A DNA stretch of 63,715 bases, counting the filler, from Sphacelaria rigidula (lineage: Eukaryota), in assembly GCA_964200075.2 (NCBI GenBank). It is 8 parts of 8 records of this genome, joined end to end, with 100 filler letters (N's around TTAATTAATTAA, not from the genome) between each part and the next. Parts side by side here need not be neighbours in the genome. Positions count along the whole stretch, not along the records: positions 1 to 7,878 come from CAXNAA020013126.1; positions 7,979 to 15,856 come from CAXNAA020013127.1; 6 more parts are not named here. One strand, written 5' to 3'. Shown here one piece after another: positions 1 through 13,200 of this stretch. The translations under genes were made by a program, and so were the position numbers. Within the stretch, counting starts at the first letter, position 1. Each line of letters begins with the position of its first letter. Below the pieces are notes generated by a model. That model saw only the letters and a list, made by a program, of their open reading frames with translations, ran no database searches and was not told the DNA's origin.

Positions 1-231
1 CCCACAGAGAGCAGAAGTGGGGGGGGGGGGGGGGGGGGGGGGGTGAACTCATGATCTTGCATGCCATAGTGACAAAGGCCATTGACCTCGCATCCCTGCA
101 AAGCTAGGACGGAGCGCGCCGGGTTTCCGATGGACCAAGGTCGCAATCACCAAGCGCGCAGCGCCGCGATGTGGTTGGCGACTCGCATCAGACGTGATCC
201 GCATCCTGCTGAGATTGTTCGACCCGAAGCG

Positions 232-345
232 TCATTTATCTTGCATGTGTGGATGGCAGCCTCCAATGAGTTGCTTCATTTTCTGGTATCGCTACTTCCA
301 CAGACAGTCACGAGTTACACTCCCTCCTCGGTGTCTCACCATTGG
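232..345 (+). repeat. Dispersed repeat (inverted copy at ~23730-23834, fragment at ~7352-7390)
   Basis: ttatcttgcat...ggatggcagcctccaatgagttgctt..ttttctggt..cgctacttcc matches the reverse complement of the end of contig 3. Confidence 0.75.
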
Positions 346-1162
346 GAGCGGGTGGGCGGGGTGGGGCGTGGCGGGATTTGCTTGTAAAGTCACGCAAGTT
401 GCCCAAACGCGAAAAACATCGAGCAATTTTCGTGTTCAGAAACGCGGTATGTATGCTCAGAAGTAAGAAAAAATCGCAGAGGCCACTTAAACAGGGTTTC
501 GTGCTGTGAGTTCCCGGGAGAGATCGTGTCCTCACAAACACACATATTTGGATAGTGTATACTGTACCATGGGTACGTCTATCTAGTGGATAATGACCAC
601 CACTGGATCCGTCGGGGATCTGGAAATGTTCAATAATCAATCAATCAACTATCCATCATAGAGAAAAATCCCCCAAACGCCGGAACCCCCGAAACAGCTT
701 TGCGGCCACAAAACTTATTCTTGTTCTGGTCATATTTGTGTCAAGTTTAACTATGTCACATCTTGACCGTACGACAAGAAGGCGAGCCTAGTCTTGCGAG
801 GTGGTCTACAAAATAGGTACAACGAGCGCCCGTACCGACCAAAACGACGTTAGCCCTTTCGCAGCCAGGGTGGGTCATCTGGGTCATATATACATTTTTC
901 AGGTGAAAATCACGCCGATTCTACAGAGTGCGAACCTCGACGGTTACAAGGGTCGACCGTGAATCCCCAATAGTGGGGTTTGGAGCATGACCATCGGGTC
1001 GGCATTACCTCTGCAGAAAGTCATCCGCTTGATTCGCCACGCGCTCATCTTGCTCCGCGTTGCTCCCCTCGGTGTGAAGAAGCGGCATGTACATAGCCTT
1101 GTTACAAGGGAAAAATAAAATATAGATGAAAGAAACGACACAGGAAGGACAGGTGGGGAACG

Positions 1163-1247
1163 CGGGGGGGGGGGGGCGTACTCATCTGTTGCTTGCCTTA
1201 GTCGTTTGACTATTGACCATGCATCCTTTTCGAGACGGACGGAGCAC
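1163..1247 (-). repeat. ~70-bp dispersed repeat ending in poly(C) (family C70)
   Basis: Reverse complement of ctccgtctcgaaagggatgcgtggtcaatggtcaaacgactaaggcaagcaacaaatgagtacgcccccc; other copies at ~15472, ~19507, ~55840, ~61937 and partial ~45880. Confidence 0.85.
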
Positions 1248-2582
1248 GGGGAGAGCGAAGAAAAACACAAAACACACACAGGCAAAATATCACGAAAACA
1301 TTATTGTGCTCATTATCGCGCCAGACTAAAAAGTGACGCATTTCGAAACACGTGTCCATGACATATTTCAAGAGATACAGGATGACCCACAACAATCGAC
1401 ACAAACATAGCACACGAGGACCGCACCGTATATACGGTGGTACCGTGTGACACTTAAGACACGCGTAGCGAGCAAAAGGAGTCCGCTGACACAACATTGA
1501 CTCACAAACGGTCATACGACGGTGGCGGAGAGGCCCTAGAGTGGAAAAAAAAATATGCGAAACAAATGTAAAATAGCCGAGTCAATACAAGAAATGAAAA
1601 GAGGGATTACAACCAACCCGAATCCGTGTTGGCAGTGATCCATGATTGACGGTGGACGAAAACGGAAGCAAACAATGACCAAAGAGCAGAAAAAAAAAAG
1701 CATGTACAAGTACGGAGACAAAATATCTATAATAGGGCCAAAAACGAGGGAGTATTTTGAGTCCTCCGTAGGTAATACTGTACGTTCAATGGGGATGCGA
1801 ATATACGCTTTACAGCTGTAGATACTGTACTCTGAAGAAACACTGAAAACCGAAACTGACGAAGAAATAAAGAAAATAAAGAATTAAAAAAGGGCGTGGA
1901 TGAGGTACGGTATGCGACAGAAGAGAATATCGCCCCGTGGGATTACGGGAGATAGATACCGCCCACCCCGATGATGACATTTTCCGTGCTCGGCGTTTTT
2001 TTTTAACAAAGACTATGGTGCTAGCGACGCCGAAAGGTGCATCCATTGAAGAGGTCTCGTTGACAGAAACCATGCCTTCAAGTGTCGGGGGGACGTCGGG
2101 CGATGTAGAATATATACGTTCTTTTTGTCACGGCGACATACGCGAGATGAAAAAAAAATAGTCACCCGGGGGGGAGGTGGGACGGAGAGGGAGAGCAGGA
2201 GGGGTCTCCATGCTGTACGGTGATACAACGCCATGTTGGCGGTCCAATTGATGACGGTTGAGTTGGTGAACTTGCCGCACATTTCAACAATGATCAGGTC
2301 GATCATCAGATATGGACGAGCCGGGCGTAAAAGCGCTAGTAGCACCATGAAATCTGCTTAAAGGAATACGGTGTGACCTACGAGTAGCTGCCCGCCAATT
2401 TCTACCCATGGGGTCGGGTGGCGGGGTGGGACTAGGCAGGTAGTAGGCAATAGTGGTGGGTATCGTGTCCCAAACCGCGATATATGTATCCCGATGTATC
2501 CGGGATATATCGCATCGATATTGCCTAAAATTGCGCGATATCTCAATACCATATCTTACATCATACCCCGCAATAGTAAATA

Positions 2583-3132
2583 CAGCAGTGGGCGGTCTAA
2601 GTATTTAGGGGTGTTTTGGGCATTTCCTCGGGTACTACTCTTCGATAAAACTCGAAGTTGCTAGCGTCGGTAGATTATGGTACAATGAATAGATCATCCT
2701 CGAAACACATTGCCCAAGTCAGTGTCAGTTGGCGTTATCGGGCTAAACGAGTAAATACCCCGTTTATCAGGAGGGTGTTACTGACCGTATAACACAGGTT
2801 TTCGGCCCTAGTGCAATGGATAAGCAGAATTTCTGAAAAATGATACTGTACATTTCTTAAAAAATGTGATCAGGACAGGCTCGATCGACCGAAAATACAG
2901 AAGAGTATGAATCTGGGCTGAAACGTGGCAGGACCCCCGATGACTGGTCAGCCCGTAAGTCACTCAATATCGAGTACGTATCAAAAAAAAATCTTAGAAT
3001 GTGGAGTGGATACAAATATCTTCAGATCCTCGATGTGATGGGCGATGGCAAGCGGAAAGAGCCCGAGAAAATCGCCAATTACGAAAAAATCACAAAAAGC
3101 CACAAGATGAAAAGTTAGACCGCACACTACTG
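2583..3132. mobile_element. Tc1/mariner-type MITE (~550 bp), TA target duplication
   Basis: TIRs cagcagtgggcggtctaa / ttagaccgcacactactg flanked by TA on both sides; second full copy at 54014-54562, partial inverted copy at ~45500-45880. Confidence 0.85.
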
Positions 3133-4138
3133 TATGTAAAAAATTTCGAACTCACGAGCATGAAGCATGCTTTGAAAGGACGCGTCTAGGAGATTTAATG
3201 CTGATTTTAGTGTGCAAGTTTGTCCGCACCCGCCCCGGGAGATGACTGTTCGGGCCAATGCCAATGCTAGGGGTCCGGTTAGCGGATTCGTACTTTACTT
3301 TGTGCGGGGGTACACATGCGTTCGTGACCGTTCGAACGGACGCGCGATCGCGGTGGTCCTGCAATGTTTCCGGCGGGCATGAACATTCCGAGAGAGGATC
3401 TATTCTCACAGGAGCTTGGCAAGGCAAAAATGCCGAGACTCTCGAAAAGACGGACGGGACCGGGGCGCAGCCCCGGGTCCCGTGCGGCTTGTATATCGTG
3501 CGATATCATGTGCCCTAATTCCATGGAGGGATGCAAGATACGATGTGTGCAGTGTTATGTTTTCACACCAGCTCGGTTCTAGATTGTAGACGTTGTGGGG
3601 AACTTTGCAGGCGAACATCCCGATACCACATGCAATATTGTGCGATATCACGCGATACGCTATATCGGATCTCGTATCGATAACAGGAAACGTTTACACC
3701 AGATGTCGGATATCGTATCCCGTCGATATTTTTCTGGATACAAATCACTAGTAGGCAGCCACCACTCTGCAGTTGCGATGCGAGGCGTTCCTCCCACGAC
3801 AGGAATAATGTGCCTCTCTCCCACCTTCCTTACCTTCTTTCTCATCCGTCATGCTTCCAACCAACCCCTCTCCTTCCTCGGGACGAGTTCTCCAGTCTCA
3901 AAAGATCAACCGTCACATACCCCACACTGTATATTTTCATATTTCCCAACTCTTTTACGGTGGGGCTTAGCACGTGAGGGGTCTTCCTCGCTGTCAACTA
4001 CGGAGCTGGATCTGACTTCAAGAATTGAAAAAAAGCCCAATAAACGAAGTGGCTGTTAATGACCTCATGATCCCAGACGCCCAATGTTTCCGGCATCGAC
4101 GTCGCCTACACATTGATTTTTTTTTTTCGAGTCAGATA

Positions 4139-4342
4139 AAAACAGTACTCTCCTACGGAAGTCTGGCTTCTGTACCTTGAGCACTGCGTGGGTGCTCCAG
4201 TCTTGCAAAACAGTACTCTCCTACGGAAGTCTGGCTCCTGTACCTCGAGCACTGCGTGGGTGCTCCAGTCTTGCAAAACAGTACTCTCCTACGGAAGTCT
4301 GGCTTCTGTACCTCGAGCACTGCGTGGGTGCTCCAGTCTTGC
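4139..4342. repeat. Tandem repeat, 3 x 68 bp
   Basis: Units start at 4139, 4207 and 4275 (aaaacagtactctcctacggaagtctggct...ccagtcttgc), nearly identical, no spacers. Confidence 0.95.
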
Positions 4343-6019
4343 AGCCTGATATAGTGAACGTGGTGTGGATAGAACACACAAGAGTTGACAATCTTGCACG
4401 GGTGGTCGCTGGTACCCGGTATCTGCATTTCCGAGAGTCCTTCTGGCTCTAGTGCGTTATCCACGAGTTTAACGACGTGCGTACGGCGTGAATCGAGTTA
4501 TGATCGAACGCGCTGTCGCGTTATGTAACCATTGTGAACCCCGCCCATGTCTTGCGACGTCCGTGTTGCAAACCCGGTGCACGCCGTACGCATGCTGTTC
4601 AGCTTGTCCATTACCTAGGGACGCCCCGACATGCCGACAACGTATACCGGCGGCCATCCCTGCGGGGACAGCCAGTCTCTTTTTGGAAACCAGACAGCTA
4701 CCAAGCTGATGCTCGAGGAGAATGACCTCCCGTGGGATGTTATTTGGGGGATCGTAGGTACGGAACCTCAGGGACGGCAGGAAGGCCTTCTCCACAACCT
4801 TTGATTTGCAGGAGATATTGGTGTTCGCGCATTGCATTTCTCTCTTCTTTCCTTTATGTGACTATTGCTTTTTTTTGTTCTATTCCTTTCATTATTTCTT
4901 ATTCTGCGTTTTTTTTCGTTGTTGCTCCTGACCACGGGCTGGATTGTTGCAATCAGCTAATGGGAGATAATCAATTATCAATCAATGGGGGTTCGGGATC
5001 GCGAACTCGCTCACCAATAGCTACAAACGGGGAAAATATTGCAAGGAAAAAAGAGAAAATCATGTCTACGCAAATACTGTACTGTAGTGTGCACATGGAG
5101 AGAAATAGAAAAACGGTTCCTTAGGATGGGGGTGGGGATGGAAGATGGTAAAACAAGTACATTGGAACACCTACTGGAATAACGAAGAACTTCGCGCCAA
5201 ACGAATAACACAAAGGTATACACATAGTCAACAGTTCGGCTACAGTTGGAGAACGGAGAGCACAGTGAAACAAGGGCGTGCGGTACTCGCAGTGATCGAC
5301 CATCAAGTGGCGGCTGGCATCAGCAAGATGTACTGCTATTTGGTTTGTCGATCCTGCAAAAATACGTAGACATGCTCAGAGATGGACCGAAATATCTGAT
5401 TCTCTGGAGTGGTCGACAGCAACAAAAATCGGAATGTTTAGAGGGGGATGGGACGGGGTGGCAGGCAGGTTATTATCATTGTCATTATCATTATTATTAT
5501 CATTATTTATTGTAATTTTTTTTATTATTTTTCCGCACAATAGTCCGATCTCTCGGACCCGTGGTCACAGACGTAGGCTCGGCTTTCCAATTCCGTCCCT
5601 GCTATTCCTTACAAGACATTGAATCCTCCATCATTTTTTCAGATACTCCAGCCTTAGTACATGAACAAACGCGTTCAAATCAAATATTACCAAAATGAAG
5701 ATAAGAAGAGATACGCCAAGAAAAGCGGACGCCAAGAAAAGCAGACGCCAAGAGAAAGCAGGTAATGGGGAGTTTTTAGGGTGAAAGCCAAATAGAGATG
5801 AGCTACACAAAAATCGGGAGCAAATCTGTTTCGAGGGTTTTATGTAGCACGAAGCACATTATTTTGGTTGCTGTAGGACCTGGCACCATTGCGCGGTTTG
5901 AAGCCTCTCCTTGTTCAAAATCTTAATACGGACGTGTGACCAATTGCGCTACTTTCCACTACTCCTTCGCCATTTTCGTAGGCAACGAATATGAGGTTTG
6001 AGCGTGCTACAGGTACTGT

Positions 6020-6374
6020 AGTGTTGTCATCCCATCTATTCTGGACGCCGATCTACACCTTTCGGTATATGTGGGTGCACCAGCGGGGTTCGTACACAGG
6101 AGAAAGGCCAACACAGGGGGATTTTATCTTCCATTTGTTTAAAATTCTCCACCTCCCTTCTGCCGTGCTTGCCTTCTGTTTTTTTCTCGCAAGAGGAGTC
6201 CATCAGTCCCATTCCTCATCGACCGGTAAGTCGAGTTCTGTGTATCCATGACATGGTCGTTCTCCACTGTTGAGCACTGTGTGAGAAAAAATCCCGCATC
6301 GCTCCGAGATTCGAACCCACGACCCAACCGTCAAAAGACTTCGAGGTTACCAACTGAGCCACCGGGACGACCGG
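6020..6374 (-). mobile_element. tRNA-derived SINE, family A
   Basis: Minus-strand head ccggtcgtcccggtggctcagttggtaac...gggttcgaatctc (A and B boxes) plus a body shared with 10790-11000, 19018-19355 and 25040-25130. Confidence 0.8.
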
Positions 6375-7160
6375 CGTTTTTTAGCAGATTCGTACTACTT
6401 TACACCATATCAAGTACAAACTACCAGCTACTAGACCACCTGCTGGACCGGTGCGCTGTAGAGAAAGAGACGGACGCTGCGGCTACAGTCTTCACAAACT
6501 ATTACAGAGTAATATATCAGTGAACGTTATTTTATGCATCTTGGAAGCGTTGTTCTCGCTCTCCTGTACAACCATTGTGACCGTGCGACTCACCAAACGT
6601 TGATTGCAAGATCTTGACATATAAAAACGCTGTCGTGTGTTGTTGATCGATTGTTGCTTGACACAAAAACATGAAGAGAAATCGTTCAACGCACAACGCT
6701 GTGGCACTTCTACTCAAATACGTATCCACCATCCGCTCACACAAACTCCCCCGTGACATCCCCCAACCTTTCCCTCACGACACTGAGGTTTGAATCGTGA
6801 CCCTAGTTCATCAACATGACAGTACTCTCATACCTAACCCTTGCGCTGTAAGGAGGGGAGTTGCTGTCCGTTCTTCATTTTCCCCCGGTCTCAACTGTAT
6901 GTTTATAACTAACTCAGTGGCAGTGAAGACATTCACCGTACAGTAGGGCATACTCTTTGTCCAAGGCGTATCGTGTCCATCTACGGAAGGGTCTTGTCAC
7001 CCTGTCCACCGCGGGTCTCGACAAAAAATAACCGTTGGGTTCTGCCCCCAGAACACACGGGGCGACCAGAAACAAACGATACAAAGTCTAAATATATAGA
7101 TATCGCTGCACGTGAACATCTTGCTTGTCGTCTCCAGACGGTAGGCATGTTAATGCTCAC

Positions 7161-7274
7161 CTTTATGTCAGCCATGTGCAGCTTCATGAGAGCAGCAACG
7201 CCGCCGTCCGTGGAACCCATCCCCAGCTCGCTGGCCATCGCCTGCACCTCGCGAAGCCTCTTGGCCAGGGGTAG
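7161..7274 (-). CDS. Candidate internal exon of an unknown gene (LPLAKRLREVQAMASELGMGSTDGGVAALMKLHMADIK)
   Basis: ttccag acceptor and gtgagc donor, 114 nt open frame, GC-rich coding-like composition. Confidence 0.5.
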
Positions 7275-7878
7275 CTGGAATTTTTTGTTGAGTGTTCGAG
7301 AAGAAGAGATGAAGGGAGACGGGCATCAGTTGAGGTTATAACAGAGATGGAGGTTACACACTGCCTCATGGGTGTCTAGGGGGGGAGGGGGGTGGTCTCC
7401 TAAATAATAGAGTCGCAGTCACACACACGGCAGTACGGTGTCGTAGCCCCTGGGGAACTACTGATTGGTTGACTGGATCATTGGTTGTCACGCATTAACT
7501 GATCCGCCACGCATCCAGCGGCCATCACAATATAGATGCCCTGTGTAGCACCCGGAGATAAAATGAGCGGGACACTCGGTAACAGAAGCTCGAGAATAAT
7601 CGAAGAAGAAAATGAAAAACAAATGAAAGGGAAAATACAAGACAAGAAAAAAAAACAAGACGAGAACAAATCGGTGAAACAACGGGACAGGATCGGCAGT
7701 ACTACTACAGTACCTGCCGATCCCGAGAACACCCGCCGACAGTCCCGTGCCAAGAAGACTTTCAGGGAAAGAGACCATACAAAATCGCAATACCGTGAAC
7801 AGCACTTGTGACTCGCCTACCTCGGGACCGCACTATTTGGGCGTGGGCCCTCACCTCACCTCACGCACTAGTTCCGTA

Positions 7879-7978
7879 NNNNNNNNNNNNNNNNNNNNNN
7901 NNNNNNNNNNNNNNNNNNNNNNTTAATTAATTAANNNNNNNNNNNNNNNNNNNNNNNNNNNNNNNNNNNNNNNNNNNN
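7879..7978. other. Artificial contig linker (44N-TTAATTAATTAA-44N)
   Basis: Exact 100-nt linker with a six-frame stop cassette, repeated seven times at ~7977-nt intervals. Confidence 0.97.
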
Positions 7979-9619
7979 CGACTCACTTAAAGCGAATGAT
8001 CAAAGCCACTCTCAATCGTATCACCCACTCTCAATCTCACGAAAACACTGTTGAATGCAGAGTGCAGAGTGCAGAGTGCAGAATGGATAGTATTCAATCA
8101 TAAAAGGAAAGATGAAAAACGATGATGAAGGTGTGGAAAAGGAGCGACATGGGAGAAGAACTAAAGAATGGAAATGAAGAGCCTGTAGAAAATGCCGGCG
8201 ACGATGATATATGAAAAGTAGATGATGAAGAACGTACGACAACATACGTATTGTGAATATTGAAGGACGAGTGATCAAGAATGATCACAAACAACATGGA
8301 ATGAAAAACAAAGAATAGAGTAGAAACGAAATTCATGAAGAATGAAAGAAAGATCAACGGTGAACAATAAACAACGCAAGGGTAGGACAAGCTAGTGATG
8401 CATCTGAAATTTACTTGATTTTAGTGCAATTGATTCGTATAGTTCAAGCCAATCCTTGGGCGTTGTTGTCAGCGTTGGAACCCAGGTGGTGAAATGGCTC
8501 GAACATTGCAAGGAAACGTTTTCGAACAGCCAGCAACTGCTTCCTCTCATTAGAGCAATCAGGCCTGACCAATGGTGGGTGTGGTGATTCGAACCGACGG
8601 TGATTCGAACCGACGATGATCCGTCCGAACCTTGAAACGTTGGAGAATGAAAAACGAAGAACGGTGAAAGGAGAGTGAGGAATACCAGATGAAGAATAGA
8701 TTGTGAGAAAAAAAAAGTACCAGATATAGAACAGATCATGAGGGATCAGTGACAATCAGTGAAGAAATGAGGGCGATCCTCTGAAGGTCTAGAACCCCCT
8801 GCGGCGACCCTCTACAGACCCTCTGCAAGGTCCAGAACCCCCTGTGGCACACACTACGACGTGCAGCCTTGCGGCGAGACCAAAATATCCACCTGTAATG
8901 TTGTTTTCGGGGGGAAACGCGCGGTGATGAGCTACGCTCAGAAAGTTGTAGAAAATGATATTCCATCAAACGAATAAGTTCTGAATGAGGATCTATGAGA
9001 TTGGGGTGGATGCTTTGAATACTTTACATTGCTCGCTTCTCTCGATACTGATCAACATACCATCATATGCGCTATGGAAGATTGCTGCTTATGTTCCACG
9101 TAACCCTTCTTCCCGTCGTGTGCGATAGTAGCATAGTGGAGGAACGTGATTCAGGTAGGGTACTGCAGGAGCAAGTCGGCTCAGCCGTTGTGATGCTCTG
9201 AGGAATAACACGCAGCTTCTGGTTTCAGTCGATGATCTAGCTTCTGCCTTGAGGTATTTGGGGTTGCAAGTAACGCCCAGGAGCGGTACACCTCTGGGGT
9301 GGGGTACCCATATTGTCTACCTTTGGCTCTTCAACAACCGGATCCTACTTTCTCATAAATATACAAAGCAGAGCACCAGCTAGCCGCACGCCAGCCTGAG
9401 CTCATAATATTGTAATCATCATACATTAGAAGCCATCAGTTCTACGATGCGACATGGCTCCTAGTACCCACCACCATTTTTCGTCAGCCAGTAGCGTGTG
9501 GGCTGCAGATGGGATCCCACAGTAAGGTACGTTAACGCGAGGGCGCTGACTCGAGCAAAACCGAGGCGGGCGCACTCTGGCGGACGTCCAGGACTCTCGG
9601 CCGCTGGAAGATCCAAATA

Positions 9620-10070
9620 TCACAGCCGATCATCGAAATTGAGGATGAAGCTTTTCATCGAGGGTGAGAACCCGGAGGATTAAAAATCTTCGTATCCACA
9701 CCAAACCGTCGAAATATAGTTCAATCCCTCAACCTACTGGTAGCTATCGACAACTGCTACACGCCCTACAAATTTGGATTTCGATAACCGAAAAGTTGGC
9801 GTTCTAGACGAAAAATCAACTCTGGGGAGTTCAAGTAATCCAATCGAATTGCCGGAATTCCTCGAAATGGGTTTTTCACCTAGGATCCCAACGTTTCTGT
9901 TATCGGAATCCAAATTTGTATGACGTGTAATACCTGTGAACAGCTACTAGTAGATGAAGGGGCGGGACCATATTTCGAAGATTGGGTGCGGATACGAATT
10001 ATTCAATACTTGAATCTTCCGGGTTCTCATCCTCGATATCAAGCGCCACCTTCAATTTCGATGATTGACT
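9620..10070. mobile_element. Long fold-back (palindromic) MITE-like element, ~450 bp
   Basis: Nested inverted arms: catcgaaattgagg/ccttcaatttcgatg, gagaacccggaggatt/aatcttccgggttctc, caaatttggatttcgataac/gttatcggaatccaaatttg. Confidence 0.75.
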
Positions 10071-10577
10071 GTTTTGTGCTCGTCTGCACCTACAACAAGG
10101 GGTTTTGAACCGTCGATCTTGTCGACCAGATCGAGGAAACTACGATGTGCGATTGCCTGCGTTCATCCTCCACCTACGGTCCGAGGTCTCTTGCTGTGGG
10201 GTCAGGTACGCGTACTCGTACTTGTATTCGATGAAAGCACACGACGCCGCTTTTGCTATCTACCAGCAATTCTCCATGTTCCACATGGCGTGACCTCGTA
10301 CACATGCACTGATATTAGCTTACACCACCCTGCGCCACCTCTTGCCCTCCGGCTCCGCTGGGTACTCGTGTATACACCGCCGCTGCTGTCCCGAACTGAC
10401 ACCACGCTCGATGGTGTGATGGGATCTTTCAGCTGCGCTTGCCTGTGTTGGCGTTCTACGGTGCTTTTTTCTTTGCCCCGTATCGGCAAAGCATGAAGAT
10501 GGTCGTTGGACGGTGAGTTCCATCATGTTCTTGGAGTATGTGCACTGCCCGTATACGGCTGCAGACAACAACAGCAG

Positions 10578-10682
10578 TTTCCCGTTGGGCTCTTGCCTGT
10601 CCTTGCGTCGGGAGTGGTCGGTGATGCAAACCATGACCTCAGCTTGAGCCCACGCCGCGCAGTCGACCCGACTTACGCAGAG
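10578..10682 (+). CDS. Candidate internal exon (FPVGLLPVLASGVVGDANHDLSLSPRRAVDPTYAE)
   Basis: cagcag acceptor, GAG/gtagtg donor, 105 nt open frame; no family recognised. Confidence 0.3.
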
Positions 10683-11584
10683 GTAGTGCTCAGAGCTCGG
10701 TCACCATTGTGGAGGACACGGACTAGCACATACATACGACAGGCTGTCCGCAACTGCACTATGACGCCGTAGTACTTTAGTTGTCTGTGTTGCCGCCCTA
10801 TCTTTTCTGGACGCCAATCAGCACCTTTCAGTGTACGTAAACACATCAGCCGGGGTTACATAGGAGAAGGGTCAATATATGTGTGTCGTTTTCCCTCCTC
10901 AGTACCCCACCTTCATTCTGCTGGCCTTGCCATCCTTTCTGTCACGAAAAGCCTCTGGTGATTTATTTCCATCGTCAGCCGTGAAGTCGTACGTTGCGTA
11001 CTCATGACATGAAACGATGATTCCGTGACATTGAGAGCATGGCATTCGATTGAGAGTCAAATGTCTTGTATCCTTTATGAAATCGGCACTATTTTCACAT
11101 GAAACGCTACCGGGTGACCTTGATCTGTAATCTTTTCAAACACAGCTTTGAGGTCCCGACGAAGTTGTCGTTGGACAATGTTTTCGGAAGCGAATGAACG
11201 CCGACATACGGTTCTCTGGGAACGCGACGGGTCGATGCCCTACACTCGTGTTCGACGTATTAATCGGACAAATCGTTTTGGAATGTGTGGCATTCTGTCC
11301 GACGAGTAATCACAACCTATTTAACGTACATTGCGCATTGACAGAGAAAAGAGTTTCGATGACTGATGTGCCCGTCCCTGCTTCTATTCATGGTTCGACT
11401 GACGGGTCGTTCTTGTTGTTACTCATAAATAAGCGTTTCGTGCATCAATGGAACGCATCAAAACAGCTGTCTTCCTCTTGCAATCTGTCTCGCAATCGTC
11501 AGCTTCACTCTCGATGTCAAGAAGACCTTTTGTACTCGCTATCCCCCGTAGGTCGTGATGTGTGATATCAATCTCCGATCGTCT

Positions 11585-11662
11585 GACTTCACCGAGATTC
11601 GAACCCACGCCCCAACTGTCGGAAGGCTCGGAGGTTACCAACTGAGCCACAGGGGCAGCCAG
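11585..11662 (-). mobile_element. tRNA-derived SINE family A head
   Basis: gagattcgaacccacg...gaggttaccaactgagccac matches the head at ~6297-6374. Confidence 0.75.
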
Positions 11663-12399
11663 CTATCAGTAGGATGGACGAATACTGCATCCTGTAAAGA
11701 ACGTCTAGTAGTGTATAAATTTCCCCAATAGTCACTAGTTGATTGAACAGTCTGTCTTACCCGATCGTTCATAATGTGGGTTGAAAAAAGAGTGAGGTGA
11801 TGGGGGGACACATCCGGGTGAGATCTCAAGGCTTCTGGTCGACCACACAGACACATGACTCACTCATAACAGACGCCTCCACCATTTTACCGTGTAGCTA
11901 TCACCACCTCATCACTCACCACTGTACCGTGACTAAATATCGGGTGGAAAAATTGGCGTCATTGTTCCCTTCCTCCGGTGCGGTGTGTTGCTGTGTCGTG
12001 CTCCGCTTACTGTTATGTGTAGAATTCACGGACATATGGATGTCCCTCAAACGTCTTCGTACGGTGGATTTGAGTACACAATTAAAGCATGTACTTTGGT
12101 TTTTTTGAAGACCTCCCAGGAATGCGTAGATATGGGTGGGAAAAAGACATAGCCGGCGTACAACAGCCCGGACGGGTTTTACGCCCCGGCATAGTGGAGG
12201 CACAAGGATAAAACCATACAGCATTGTATTGCTATTTGGTCCGTAATCTTTGAACAGACAACTCTGTAAAATCCGGTTGTATGATGAAATGCGGTTCAAG
12301 CTCGAAACGGTGCTTTCCCCACACTCTCGGCGATTGTGCCTAATGACCTTTTTTGTCGGCCTAATGCCCCTCGATCGCGTAGGTACTTTTCCCGTGCAT

Positions 12400-12520
12400 C
12401 TTACCGACTCCGTGAGCCTACAGCGCTGACCGAAACCGACGTTTCGCCGGACATCACATCCTTGAAAAAGCAGGGGAAATGACGGTTTCGGTCAGCGATG
12501 TAGGCTCACCGAGTCGGTAA
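12400..12520. repeat. Inverted repeat / hairpin
   Basis: ttaccgactccgtgagcctacagcgctgaccgaaaccg ... cggtttcggtcagcgatgtaggctcaccgagtcggtaa. Confidence 0.8.
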
Positions 12521-12940
12521 AATGCGCGCGAGAAGTTTGAAATCGGTGACGCCTGTCATGAGATACGGCCAAAAATGTGCGACTTGTTCAACATAATTAT
12601 CCTGATATCTCCACACTGACCACGTCGATCATGAATCTCGTTGCGCCAAAATTCCCGTCAGATCACGGGTTGAGGCGCGGGTGACGACCGGGCGGGCGAT
12701 TCGGCCGTCTTCGTGCAAATCACGAGAAATCTCCAGTTTCGAAAACAAATCCGTTCATGATCTCACGAACATGATATATGCTAGCGAAAAGCGGACCGTT
12801 CCACGCTCATTTTCCTTTCTATAGATGATTCGTTTGATTGTTTTGGCGCGAGCGTTTCACCTGAGCCTCGTGAACTATACTGGATGCTTTCGCAGGCTGG
12901 GTCAGGGCTATCCCCCAAAAAACACTCATCGGCAAAACCC

Positions 12941-13200
12941 CACGCCGTTTGAAGGAGTTAGACCTGGAAATTTTGCACAGATGCTCTATGAGGCATCACG
13001 CAACTTTCCAAGGTCGAGGTTTTTCGACGTTTCGACTTTTCCACCATTTTTCGGGGGCCCCAGGGCTTTCGAGGAAACATCGACGTAATCTACCCCCCGT
13101 AAAACGGTAGAGAAAGAACAGCCCAAAAGACCTCATCCATCCAAGGTTGTGTAATGACCCATAGCATATTTGTGCAAAATATCAGGGTCTAACTCCTTCA
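12941..13200. mobile_element. MITE with long inverted arms (related copy at 42581-42853, extra arm at ~13705-13762)
   Basis: tgaaggagttagacctggaaattttgcaca / tgtgcaaaatatcagggtctaactccttca. Confidence 0.75.

Noticed and set aside
4139-4342. CRISPR array
   Set aside because: Contiguous tandem units with no spacers
5291-5353. Possible minus-strand exon (also 2205-2345 and 944-1010)
   Set aside because: Needs a GC donor and is not in phase with the 7161-7274 exon; no coherent gene model could be built
6297-6374. Functional tRNA genes (also at 11585, 16060, 19018, 27838)
   Set aside because: A and B boxes are present, but the copies are diverged, lack clean cloverleafs and are attached to shared non-tRNA bodies, so they are SINE heads
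7923-7934. TTAATTAATTAA as a biological motif
   Set aside because: Synthetic six-frame stop linker centred in the N runs
7979-8900. LTR retrotransposon fragment
   Set aside because: Purine-skewed with short direct repeats, but no gag, pol or PBS motif could be identified
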